A stretch of 64,000 nt of DNA from an uncultured Phycisphaerales bacterium (lineage in GTDB: Bacteria > Planctomycetota > Phycisphaerae > Tepidisphaerales > Tepidisphaeraceae). The stretch's first letter is position 1. Each line of letters begins with the position of its first letter. This document shows, piece after piece, positions 53,466 through 64,000 of this stretch. Location of the stretch: NCBI GenBank assembly GCA_963844715.1, contig CAWJPJ010000006.1, forward strand, positions 736,001-800,000, in the 5' to 3' direction. The translations under genes and the position numbers were made by a program. The notes beneath the pieces are model-generated. The model was not told the origin of the DNA, ran no database searches, and saw only the letters and a list, made by a program, of their open reading frames with translations.

Positions 53466-54388
53466 ATGGCGGAGGATCCGGTGCAACAAGTTGCATCGGC
53501 TTCGCTGATCGCTTGATTTGCTATACGGCGGTTGCCAGGCCGGGTTGTGGGGGGAAAGGTGCGCATTGAGACCGGGGCTTGTTCCTGGACTTCCAGAGTG
53601 GTGACCTGGAAGGAGGCGAGATGGGCCTGGCCGAAGGAGGTTGTGATGGCGACGTCGGTGGCGTCCCGGCCTCGGGCCATGACAATGCGGCCGATGCGGG
53701 GCATGTTGTGGCGGGCGTCGAAGGAATACCACTGGCCGTTGAGGAACACTTCGGTCCAGGCGCTGAAATCCATGGGCATCGGGCAGAAGGGGACGCCGAT
53801 GTCGCCCAAATAGCCGGTAACGTAGCGCGCGGGAATATTGAGGCAGCGGAGCATGGTGATAAGCAAGTGTGAGAAATCGCGGCAGACGCCGCGGCGTTCC
53901 TGGTAAACGTCGTAGGCGGTTTTGGTGGCGCGGGCGTGCTCGTACCCGAAGGTGACGTGGTTGTGGACCCAGTCGCTGACGGCCTGGACGCGCGGCCAGC
54001 CGAGGGGCGTGTTGCCGAAGAGGTTCCAGGCGACGTCGGAGAGCCGGTCGGTTTCGCAGTAGCGGCTGCCGAGCAGGAATTGGATGGCATCCGGCGGCAG
54101 GTCGTCGATGGACCACTGGTGGGCGGTCGGATTGACGGGGTCGGGGATGCCGGAATCGCGGACCATGTTCTCCAGCCACAGGTGGAGACGGCCCGGCGGG
54201 GCGAGAATTCGGCCGCAGCGGTTGCCGAAGCTGTCGGTGAAGGTGGAAATGGGCATGAAGGGATCAGATTGGATTCGCTCGGGGGCTAAAAGGCTGTTGG
54301 CCCGGCTGGGATGCGTGTAAAGCATCAGCAGCATGGGCGTTGGGGCGAAAAGATCAAAAACGAGATCGAAGCCAGTGCGAATCAACAT
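53456..54388 (-). CDS. Transglutaminase-like cysteine protein
   Basis: GVCRDFSHL, PARYVTGYL, DFSAWTEV, FDARHN, GRDATD. The true 3' end may lie earlier because the ORF runs into the REP element. Confidence 0.9.
   Translation of the reverse strand: MLIRTGFDLVFDLFAPTPMLLMLYTHPSRANSLLAPERIQSDPFMPISTFTDSFGNRCGRILAPPGRLHLWLENMVRDSGIPDPVNPTAHQWSIDDLPPDAIQFLLGSRYCETDRLSDVAWNLFGNTPLGWPRVQAVSDWVHNHVTFGYEHARATKTAYDVYQERRGVCRDFSHLLITMLRCLNIPARYVTGYLGDIGVPFCPMPMDFSAWTEVFLNGQWYSFDARHNMPRIGRIVMARGRDATDVAITTSFGQAHLASFQVTTLEVQEQAPVSMRTFPPTTRPGNRRIANQAISEADATCCTGSSAIQG
53478..53499. repeat. REP-like palindrome, copy 4
   Basis: CCGGTGCAACAAGTTGCATCGG followed by CTTCGC. Confidence 0.8.
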
Positions 54389-54487
54389 AAGTGCGACATC
54401 CCTTCGCTAAACAAATCTCTTGCTTAATTGGTAGCGAACAGTGTACCAACGGTGGAAAAAAGGGTCTGCGCCGCAATCCGGGTTTTT

Positions 54488-55642
54488 CTAGGAAAAAATT
54501 CGCTGGATGAGATCGGATAAGACTTTATGTGAATCAAAGTGGTGCTGGGCTATCTCGCGGGCGGCTGCGGCATGATGAGAGGGGTTTTCGGCGATTTTGT
54601 TCAGAGCCGCGGCCGCATCATCGACGCAGGTGAATGGGAAGAGCCCGTCGCCGGTGGGGAGCCATTGTTCGAAACCGCTGGCCTGGGTGACCACGGGCTT
54701 CCCGCTGGCTAAATAGGCAGCGCTGCGGTCGCTGAACCAGCCACTAGGCAAGCCCGCGTAGATTTCCTTGGCAACGGTGAATTCGCCCGCACTATCGGCG
54801 ATGAATTGCGCAAAGGAAGGACAACTGAGCGTTGCCTGGGCGGGATCGACGATTTTCCAGCCGGCGTTTGCAAATTGCAAAGCAGTGGGTTCAGGCATGG
54901 CGAGCATGCCGAGGACCATTTCCCATGGGACACGCTTAGGCAGGTCGAGGACCTTCATCCACTCGACGCCTTTGCTACTGTGAAAGCGCTTACCGTCGAA
55001 TTCGAGATTGCGATCAGAGGTGTGCTCCCATTTTCCGATGGTCGTGAATGTTTTGTTCGTGGTGGGCCGGACCGGCCAGTGATCCAGGGCGATGGGCTGG
55101 TTGGTGGGGATCCAGTCGAAGCCATGGGAAGGAAGCGGGCAGGCGGGCGTCCCGATGAGCCGGCCGAACGTGGCGATGCGATCAAACTGTTTGTAGTAGT
55201 TGAGGAAATCGGCGTCGTGGCGCATGCGAAGCTGCGTGAAGACAGGGTCGGTGTCGATAACGGCGGTGCGTTTGGGGCGCGGGCGAGATTCGCGGATCGG
55301 GGTGACGCCGCTGACGCAGAGGAGGAGATCCGCGCGGGCGAGAAGAGCGTTTAGTTCGTCGCGGGTTTGGCCGTAGTGTTTGTCTTCGAATTCGGAGTAG
55401 TAACAGTAGCGAAGAGGCAGGCCGTAGTGTTTGAAGGTGCGCTCGAGATACTCGCGGCCGTAAGTGGAATCGGCGCCGCATTGCCAGGTGAGAGGGTTGT
55501 AGGGATAGGAGTAAGAGCCGCTGTCTTCGAGAAACCAGACTTCGTGGCCGAGTTGGTGAAGGCCGAGGAGATAGTTGAGGTGGTGCCAGGTCATGCCACC
55601 GAGGGGATAGGCGATGATGTAGCCGCCGACCACAATAGTCAT
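54488..55642 (-). CDS. GT-B-like glycosyltransferase, paralogue A
   Basis: PLGGMTWHHLNYLLGL, IDTDP, SGWFSDRSAAYLASGKPVVTQ. Confidence 0.75.
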   Translation of the reverse strand: MTIVVGGYIIAYPLGGMTWHHLNYLLGLHQLGHEVWFLEDSGSYSYPYNPLTWQCGADSTYGREYLERTFKHYGLPLRYCYYSEFEDKHYGQTRDELNALLARADLLLCVSGVTPIRESRPRPKRTAVIDTDPVFTQLRMRHDADFLNYYKQFDRIATFGRLIGTPACPLPSHGFDWIPTNQPIALDHWPVRPTTNKTFTTIGKWEHTSDRNLEFDGKRFHSSKGVEWMKVLDLPKRVPWEMVLGMLAMPEPTALQFANAGWKIVDPAQATLSCPSFAQFIADSAGEFTVAKEIYAGLPSGWFSDRSAAYLASGKPVVTQASGFEQWLPTGDGLFPFTCVDDAAAALNKIAENPSHHAAAAREIAQHHFDSHKVLSDLIQRIFS

Positions 55643-55648
55643 GAGTGG

Positions 55649-55772
55649 GAAACCCGAAACCAGAAATCCGAATGACGAATCAAATCCGAATGTCCGAATG
55701 ACCGAATGAGTGCCATTCGGGCATTGGGGCATTCGGGTTTGATTCTGGTTTCTGGTTTCGTCATTCGGGATT
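55649..55772. repeat. Imperfect palindrome of 7-8-nt units, copy 2
   Basis: Homologous to 43385-43511. Confidence 0.8.
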
Positions 55773-55775
55773 GTC

Positions 55776-56964
55776 TCAAATGTCGTCGATCATTTTAGTA
55801 AGCACTCGATCCGGCGCGAGATATTCTCGCGCAATTTCATACGCGGCGGCGCGGTGGATTTCCGGGTTTTCCGAAATTTCCTTTAGGCCTCGGACGGCTT
55901 CTTTCATTGTATTGAACGCTATGACCCCCCTGCCGCTGGGGATGAACTTGCTCCAGGCGGTGTCCTGGACTACCGCGGGTCTGCCGGCGGCCAGGTAGCA
56001 GGCGGTGCGGCAACTGAACCAGCCGGAGCGGGTGGCGACGTAGATGTTTTTCGCGACGGACCATTCGCCGGCGCTTTTTTTGATGAGGGATTGATAGGAC
56101 TCGGGGGTGAGCGTTGTTTTGTGGGCGTTGAGGAGTTTCCAGCCGTCGCGGCGGATGCGGGCGTTTGGGGTTTTGGACCCCCCTACCGCCAGCGCGAGGG
56201 GCACATCGGTGCGTCTGGGAAGATTGTGGAATTTTCCGTACTCGAAGACTTTGGTGAAATAGCGACTTCCCTTGTGAACGACGCGGCCTTTGTACCAGTC
56301 CCAGGTCATGATGGTGGTCATCGGGGCATTTTTGGGAGGCGGAGCGGCGCGGATCGCGGACCACTCGGGGAGCGTGACCACGCAGCGGGTGGTTTTCCAA
56401 TTGAAATTGCCGCGCGGAACGCGGCAGTCGCGCTTGCCGATGTTCTCGGCATACGTGAAATGCTGGTCGTGGGCGGCGACCATGTCGGCCCAGCGGTCGA
56501 CGTTGTCGTGCCATTTGAAACGCTCGACGAGCATGATCTGGTTGTAACCCGGATCGGTGTCGAGAAATATTTTGGTGCAGCGCGGGGAGAGGTCCTCGGG
56601 AATGATGCAGGCGCCGCTGACGTTCAGAAAGATGTCGGCGGTTTTGGCGAATTTTCGGAAAGCCTGGCCGGACATGCCGAAGTGTTTGTCGTGAAGAAAA
56701 TAATAGTGCCACTTTTTGGCCAGTTGCGGGGCATGAGTTTTGAAAAAGTGGGTCAGGAAATTGACGGTGTAATCGGGTTTATCGACGGGGGCGCTGGACG
56801 GGATCGTAAGGCCAGACCCAGGTGTCTTCGTGATAGACGACGTCGTGCCCGAGTTCGTGCAGGCCGAGGAGGTAGTGGAAATAATCCCAGGCGACGCCGC
56901 CCAGGGGGAATTGGCCGACCATCCCGCCGACGATGATGCGAAGTTTTTGGGATTTTTTGGTCAT
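55776..56964 (-). CDS. GT-B-like glycosyltransferase, paralogue B (frameshift ~56790)
   Basis: PLGGVAWDYFHYLLGL, LDTDP, SGWFSCRTACYLAAGRPAVVQ. Confidence 0.75.
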
Positions 56965-58767
56965 CCGGCGGCAGTGGGCTGTTGGAGCTTGAGTTGCTGC
57001 CGGGCCATGTTGAAGTAGACGCCGCCGCGCGCGACGAGCTGGTCGTGGCGCCCGGATTCGACGATGCGGCCCTCGTCCATGACGAAGATTTGATCGCAAT
57101 CGGCGACGGTGCTGAGGCGGTGGCTGACGAGAATGATGGTGCGGTGCTTTTTGAGTCGGCCAAGCGTTTCGATGATGAGGGCCTCGTGCTGGGGATCGAG
57201 GGCGCTGGTCGGTTCGTCGAGGACGAGGATGGGGGCCTCGGTGAGCAGAGCGCGGGCGATGCCGATGCGCTGGCGCTGACCCCCGGAGAGATTGCCGCCG
57301 CTTTCGTCGATCAGAGTCTCGTATTTTTGGGGGAGTTTATCGATGAAGATATCCGCGCCCGCGATTTCCGCGGCGTGGCGGATTTGCGGGAGGGTGGCCT
57401 GGGGGCGGCCGTAGGCTATGTTTTCCTTGACTGTCGTGGGAAGAATGAGACTGTCCTGAAGGACCAGCGCAACGTGGGCGCGGAGGTCGACGATTTTGAT
57501 TTTGCGGAGGTCATACTGGTCGAGGCGGATGGCGCCTGAGACGGGATCGTAGAAACGGGGGATGAGATTCAGCAGCGTTGTTTTGCCCACGCCGCTGGAG
57601 CCGACGAATGCGACGAGTTCGCCGGGTTTGATGGTGACGTCGATCTCGCGGAGCACGGATTCGCCCGGGCGGTATTCGAAGGAGACCTTGTCGAACGCGA
57701 GGGTGCGAGGCTGGCGCGGGAGGCGGACGGCATCGGGGGCGTCCTTGATGACGGGGTCGCGATCGAGCACTTCGAAAACGCGCTGAGCCCCGGCAACGCC
57801 GCTTTGGATGCTCGCGCCGCTGCCGCTGACGGCTTGGAGGGGCGCGTAAACCTGATTGACATAGGCGAGAAAGGGATAGAGCGCGCCGATCGGTAAACGC
57901 CGAGTGGAGGATGAGCCAGCCCCCGTAACCGAAGATGAGGGCGTAGCCGATGCCGAAGATGGTGCCGACGGTGAGCCAGTAGAAGGAATCCTGCCAGGCC
58001 TGGCGGATATTGGCGCGGTTGCTGTTGAGGACGGAATTTTGGAACTGAGAGAATTCATCAGCTTCGCGCCCGAAGGCCTGGACGAGTCCGATCGAGGCAA
58101 CGGAACGCTGAATGACCGTGGTGAGTTTGCTGTCCACGTCCTTGGCTTCGAGCCAGCGGCGCTTGAGGGGGCCGGCGAAGAGCTTGGTGACCCAAAGGAG
58201 AAGCGGCGCGACGGACAAAGTAATCAACGCCAACTTCCAATTGATCTGCACCATGATGACGGTCATGAACAGGAGCGTGCAAAGGCTCACGACGATACTG
58301 TTGACGAAAACGGTGAGAATGGTCTGAAAACCGGTGGCGTCGTAACTGAGACGATAAATGGCGTCGCCCTGAGGCTGGGATTTGTGATAGGCAAGGCTGA
58401 GCTGCTGGAGTTTTTCGAAGAGATCGCAGCGGACGCGCATGAGGCCGTTGTATCCGATTTGCACATTGATCAGGCGCTGCGCCATGGCCAGCAGTTCCTG
58501 GGCGATGCGCAAGCCGACGGAGAGACCGGCCAGAAGAAGGACCTGGCGCAGGGCATGGTGATCAAAGCCGAGGGCGTGGGAGAGGACGACGAAGGCGCGA
58601 GTGCCCCAGGTGTGGTCGAATTGCCCGAGGCAGATAGTGATGAGAATTCCAACCAGGAGCGGCTGGACGACGTTGGCGAGTGTGGAGAAAGCGATGAGGA
58701 CGAGCGAGAGGATGATCAACGGGAGATCATCGCGGAAATAACGGAGGGCTCGGAGGTAGAAGCGCAT
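56961..58767 (-). CDS. ABC exporter, fused permease + ATPase (MsbA/NdvA-like), frameshift ~57895
   Basis: TM domain, GSSGVGKT, LSGGQRQR, LDEPTSALD, SHRL. Confidence 0.93.
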
Positions 58768-58785
58768 GAATTCGATAGTGATCGA

Positions 58786-61431
58786 TCAGGCAACGGAGAG
58801 TTCGCCGTCCTCGTCGAGGGCGTCGCCGGGTTGCGGGACGGCGGGCATGGGCTGAGCCGGCGCCGGTTCGGGCGGGAGGGGAATATATCCCGCCTGCTCC
58901 GCCGCATGGTCGATCAGCCCCAAAACTGGCACGGTCACGCGCCGCCGATTGACCAGGTACATGGCCCACCAGGCCAAGGGTATTAAAACAGCCGGACGAC
59001 TAAAGGGCCAGAGATGCAGGAGCAGAAGTCCGGCCAGAATGAGGGCCCCCACCATCAGGACCTGGCCAAATCGGCTTTGCAATAGCTCGACGCGCACGCG
59101 CGTAAGCATGCCTTTGCCATGGTGATGTTCCGTGGCGGTGGTGAGGCGGACTTTAACGTAGCGGGAGCCGTAGATTTCCAGGTCCCATTCGCCCCAGCCG
59201 CTGTCTTCGCGCATGCGCCAGCCGACCTGGCGGACCTCACGGGAAATTTGCTCGAGAAGAGGGAGGCGATCCTTGTAATCGCTCCAATAGCGCAGGATGC
59301 GCTGGTCGGCGGGATCAATAGGGAGGGGCGTGTTCCGGTTGTAGCCGCGGGCTTCATTTTTGAGAATTTTGTTTCGCAGCCGGACGCTGTAGCGGGCCCA
59401 GCCGCGCGTCATGGGCTGGCGGAAATGCAAAAAGGCGATGAGGAAGCACGAGAGAGGATGACGATGCCGCGGCATGGGGGCCTGCCAGGCGGCGACGAAG
59501 GAAAGAATGATCGGCGTGACGAACATCAGCGCCGCCACGATCAGAAGCGGGAACCAGGCGAGCCCCAGCAGCGTGACGAACATGCCCAGCAGGTGCCATT
59601 CGACGCTCATCATCATCATGGCCAGCATCGAAGCGGGCCGGCGATAGATGGTTTGGAAGAGGCCGGTTCCGAAAATGCCGTGGTAGATGACGTCGGTTCC
59701 GACGCGGACGCCGATGGAGTCGCTGCCGTATATTTTTCCGCGCCAGTGGCTGGCGCCGAGCGTGTTGAAGCGATCCGGATGTTTGTATTTGAGAAGGGCC
59801 TCGGCTTCGCCGTAGCCGCGCTGCTGTTTGAGATAGGCTTTGACGGTGTTGCGGCGATAGTGCCAGACCTGCGCGGCGGGCGAGAACCCGATGGACCGGC
59901 CGGCGTTTTGGATCCGCCAGATGAGATCGACGTCGTCGCCGGCTTTTCGGAACTGGGAGTCGAAGCCGTTCACCTGCTTGAGGACTTTCGGTGTAGAAGG
60001 CCATGTTGCAGCCGGGGACGTGCTCGGCGGTGCGATCGTCGATCATGACGTGAGTCGGCCCGCCGGGCGAGAGGCCGACGCAATCGGCGATCCAGGAGCC
60101 TTCGTCGGGGATGAGATTGGGCCCGCCGATGCCGGCGTGGCCGCTGCGAACCAGGGCGAGGGCGAGGTAGTAGAGCCAATCTTCGTCGGCCTCGCAGTCG
60201 CTGTCGGTGTAAACGACAACGTCGCCGCGGGCGGCATTCATTCCCACGTTGCGGGCGTAGGAGAGGCCCTTGTTTTCCTGCTGGATGTTGCGAACCCACG
60301 GGAATTCCTTGAGAATTTCCTGCGTGTTATCGGTGGAGCCGTCGTCGACGAAAATCACTTCGTAGCTTGGATACCGGAGTTTGTGCAGGGACCGCAGGCA
60401 GGAGCGCGACGGTGCTGGCGCCGTTGTAAGAGCAGACGACGATCGAGCACATCGGGCAGCTCGACCTCGGCGGTTTGCGGAACCTTGGCGAAAAGCCCGC
60501 GCAGCGCCGCGAAGGCCGGCTTGGGCTGGCGGTCGCGCGTGGTGACGCCGAAGGCCCAGTCGTCGACCTGATAGCCGTGGGTGAACCAGTCGTCGGTGAA
60601 GCTGAAGATGAAGGTGCCGGCCAGGCCCTCATCGAAAACGGCGCGCACGTGGGCGCAGAGAATTTCGGATTGCTTCTGCGGAGAGAATTCGCGGAAGGTG
60701 TCGATCCCGTATTCGCCGAGCATCAGAGGCTTTTCGCCGGCGATGTTTTGCAGGCGGGCCAGATAATTTCGGAATACCTGCTCATCGTGCAGGTAAACGT
60801 TGAAGCAGACGAAGTCGATGCCGCGGGGATTGACGTATTCGGTGGTCGGGAAATTGGCGAAGGTAGCCAGGCAGTCCGGGGCTTCTTCCTTCACGGTTTC
60901 GACCAGGTCGTCGATGAATTCCTCGATTTTGTCGCGGCCTACGAAGCGGACGATGTCCGGGGGGATTTCGTTGGCGACGCTGATCGCGAAAATGGCGGGA
61001 TGATTGCCGCAGGTTTGGGCGGCTTTGCGGACGGTGTCGTGGGCGTGCTGAGTGAGTTCGCGGTTGCCGACGAAGGTGAGGTTCTTAGCCCAGGCGACGT
61101 CGAGAAAAATCTTCAGGCCCATTTCCTGCGCGAGATCGAGGAACCAGGGGGGCGGAAGATGGTAGATGCGAAGGCAGTTGACGCCCAGATCGAGCATCTG
61201 CTGGAAATCGAGGCGGACTTGCTTTGGATCAGGCAGAGGCTCGCCGTCCTGGCCGGGTTTGAAGGGGCCGTAGGTGACGCCCTTCACATAGAATTTGTCA
61301 GCTCCGAGGCGGAAGAATTTGCCGTCGCGTCGGACGCGATTGGTGATGGGCTGGATGACGCGATGGCGGCCGCCCTTGGGACGGCGGGTTTCCGCGGGTG
61401 CGGAAGATTGAATGGTCGCGCGGGAGAACAC
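58786..61431 (-). CDS. Fusion of a clan GH-A (GH2-like) TIM barrel, a GT2 domain and TM helices (frameshifts ~60450, ~60405, ~59990)
   Basis: YVKGVTYGPF, ANEIP, LGEYG; then SIVVCSYNG, DDGSTD, YTDSD, PGCNMAF, GDDVD, QQRGY. Confidence 0.85.
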
Positions 61432-61690
61432 GGAAAGACTTCCACTCCTGGTGGCCCGATAAATTCAGGGCATTTAGCCCGCCACCTTCATATCAAATTC
61501 GGCCGTTCCCAGCCTATTCTAGATCAGTTTCCGCGGTGGGGCTATGCAAATCATGCCGCCGACAACGGATATGATAATAGACAACCAATATGAGGGCGTG
61601 TTAGGAAAATGTTATCGACTTGGTTCCACAGGTACGTCCGATAAGTAAAGGAGCGGATCGAGGGACGACTGAGGGGTTTGAAAATCGTTT

Positions 61691-63859
61691 ATGATCGCCG
61701 CGCGCATGACCAAGGGGATCTTCGAGACCGGGCAGAGGCATCATCTCGCGGGGAGACTGGCCGAGGCGCAGCAGGCTTACAGGCAGGTCCTGGCGATCGA
61801 GCCTGGGAACGTGGATGCACTGCACATGCTGGGGGTGACGGAGCTTCAGCTCGGGAGATTTTCCTCTGCGGAAGAATTGATCGGGCGGGCAATTCGAGGG
61901 TCTCCCAATCGCGCGGATATTCACGGAAACATGGGACTGGTCTATTCCGGCTCCGGGAAGACGGAGCGCGCGATTTCGGAATTTCGGGCGGCGCTGAAGA
62001 TCCAGCCTAATTATCCGGAGGCGCGGAATAATCTGGGGTTCGAGCTGGCGAAACTGGGGCGAATCGACGAGGCGATTTCGGAGTATCGGGCGGCGCTGGG
62101 TCTTCGGCCGGATTATCTGGCAGCGATGAGAAATCTGGGAATGTGCGCTCCAGGATCGGGGAGATTACGCGGGGGCGGTGGCCCAACTGGAGCGCGTGGC
62201 GGCCGCGCTGCCCGGCGTCGCGGAAGTGCAGAACGATCTTGGGAACGCCCTGAGGAACGCCGGACGCCTGGATGATTCGGCGGCGGCGCTTTCGCAAGCC
62301 CTGCGCATCCGCCCGGATTTTCCCAAAGCGCACAACAACATGGGGCGCGTTCTGCATATTCGAGGGAATTTGCCGGCGGCGATCGCGGCGTATCGCCGGG
62401 CGATCGAGCTAAGCCCGGATTTTGCCGCGGCGTGGAGCAACTTGACGGTCGCGCTGGGGGAAACATTTGATTTCGATGGAGCGGCCGAGGCGGGCCGCAA
62501 GGCCGTCGAGATCGCGCCGGAATTTCCCTTTGGGCATATCAATCTGGCGAACGTGCTGAAAGAGACCGGGGAGATGGAGACGGCCCTGTTTCATTGGGAC
62601 CGGGCCCGCAAGCTCGATCCAAGGCTGGTTCTTGCGCACAGCAACCGGATTTTTGGAATGCATTTTCATCCCGGATTCGATTCGGCGGCAATTTTGGCGG
62701 AAAGCCGGGAATTCAATCGCATTTATGCCGAGCCGCTGCGGGGGAAGATTCAGGCCCATACCAACGTCCCCGATCCGGACCGGCGGCTGCGGATCGGCTA
62801 TGTTTCGCCGGATTTTTACCAGCAGGCGGTTTCGCATTACGTGGTGTCGCTGCTGGAATCGCATCGGCATGATGAGTTTGAGATTTTCTGTTACAGCTCG
62901 GTGGAGAGGCCGGATTGGATCACCGAACGCGAGAAACGAGTGGCGGATGTTTGGCGGGAGGTGCTGTATCAGCCGGATGAGCGCGTGGCGGAGATAATTC
63001 GGGAGGACCGGATCGACATTCTGGTGGACCTGAGCATGCACATGCGGGGGCACCGGCTGCTGATCTTTGCGCGAAAGCCGGCGCCGGTGCAGGCGACGTG
63101 GGTGGCGTATCCAAGCGGAACGGGGTTGAACGCGATCGACTATCGGATTACCGATCCGTACATGGATCCCGAGCCGGATCCGCAACCGGCGGTTTATAGC
63201 GAGAAGTCGATCCGGACGAGCGGGTATTGGGGATGTTACGATCCGCTGGAGGATACGCCGGTAAATCCCGTGCGGCCGGATGGGCCGGTTGTGTTCGGGT
63301 CGCTGAACAATCCGATGAAACTGAATGAGGGAACGCTACGGCTCTGGGCGGAAGTATTGCGGGCGGCGCCGGAGACGCGGCTGCTCATGATGGTGACCTC
63401 GGAGGGACATCGGCGAAAGGTAAAAGAAATCCTGGCCGAGAGCGGCGTGGCCGAATCGCGGGTGGAATTTGTGTGGCGGACGTCGCGGGTGGAATATCTG
63501 CGGAATTACCATCGGATCGATCTGTGCCTGGATACGCTGTCCTATAACGGGAGCACGACGGCGTGCGATTCGCTCTGGATGGGGGTGCCGATCGTGACTT
63601 TGCCGGGGAATACGGCTTGCGGCCGGGTGGGGATGAGCACAATGGTGAATGTGGGATTGCCGGCGCTGGTTGCGCGGACGCCGGCGGATTTTGTTAGGAT
63701 CGCCGTGGATTGGGCGGGAGATGCCGGGCGGCTGGCGCACTGGAGGCGCGGGCTGCGCGAGCAGATGCGGAACAGCCCGATCATGGATCGGCGCGGTTTG
63801 CGGCCGACGTTGAGGGGGCGTATCGGCAAATGTGGCGACTGTGGTGCGAGAGCCGATGA
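61691..63859 (+). CDS. TPR + GT41 (SPINDLY/OGT-like) protein (frameshifts ~62140, ~63805)
   Basis: Many TPRs, RLRIGYVSPDF, IDILVDL, RKPAPVQ, YNGSTTACDSLWMGVP; the alternate frame ends AYRQMWRLWCESR*. Confidence 0.9.
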
Positions 63860-64000
63860 GTGACGCCAGTTTCAAGCTCGGGCAGCAGCACCATTTGGCG
63901 GGACGATTGGCCGAAGCGCAGGGGATTTATCGGGAAATTTTCGCGCGGGAGCCGGGGCATCTGGATGCGCTGCATCTCTTGGGGGTCACGGAACTTCAAT
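63856..64000 (+). CDS. Next TPR protein, 3'-partial
   Basis: MSDASFKLGQQHHLAGRLAEAQGIYREIFAREPGHLDALHLLGV parallels the previous gene's N-terminus; ATGA overlap. Confidence 0.8.
   Translation, partial: MSDASFKLGQQHHLAGRLAEAQGIYREIFAREPGHLDALHLLGVTELQ

Overview
High-GC bacterial DNA, most likely from a planctomycete (Phycisphaerae/Tepidisphaera-like). This is inferred from the LESRxLL secretion motifs and many PEP-CTERM proteins. About 30 single-base frameshifts break otherwise intact genes, so this looks like an unpolished long-read assembly and split ORFs were re-joined by eye. Contents in order: (1) the 3' part of a giant repeat adhesin (~19 x 102-aa repeats) with a C-terminal WLIRGGGVLASLLSSAPVWKLVDP membrane tail, followed 4 nt later by a membrane PAS-GGDEF-HD-GYP-like protein; (2) an internally deleted GH28/dockerin-like pseudogene, citrate synthase and a serpin; (3) a three-gene module of a DNA methyltransferase fused to a duplicated helical domain and a GIY-YIG domain, a stand-alone paralogous GIY-YIG protein, and a small ORF, flanked by palindromic elements including a 167-bp TA-ended hairpin MITE; (4) six PEP-CTERM genes, three of them GH28 paralogues, where two 2-gene operons share a promoter spacing and conserved structured leader motifs; (5) two two-component systems, YncE-like propellers, and an APC permease behind divergent sigma54-type promoters; (6) pcrA/uvrD, uppP, tRNA-Leu(TAA), several TPR-GT41 genes, and a GH-A/GT2 fusion + ABC exporter + 2 GT operon. 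The best candidates for undescribed biology are the MTase/dual-GIY-YIG module and the conserved leader RNA of the PEP-CTERM operons.
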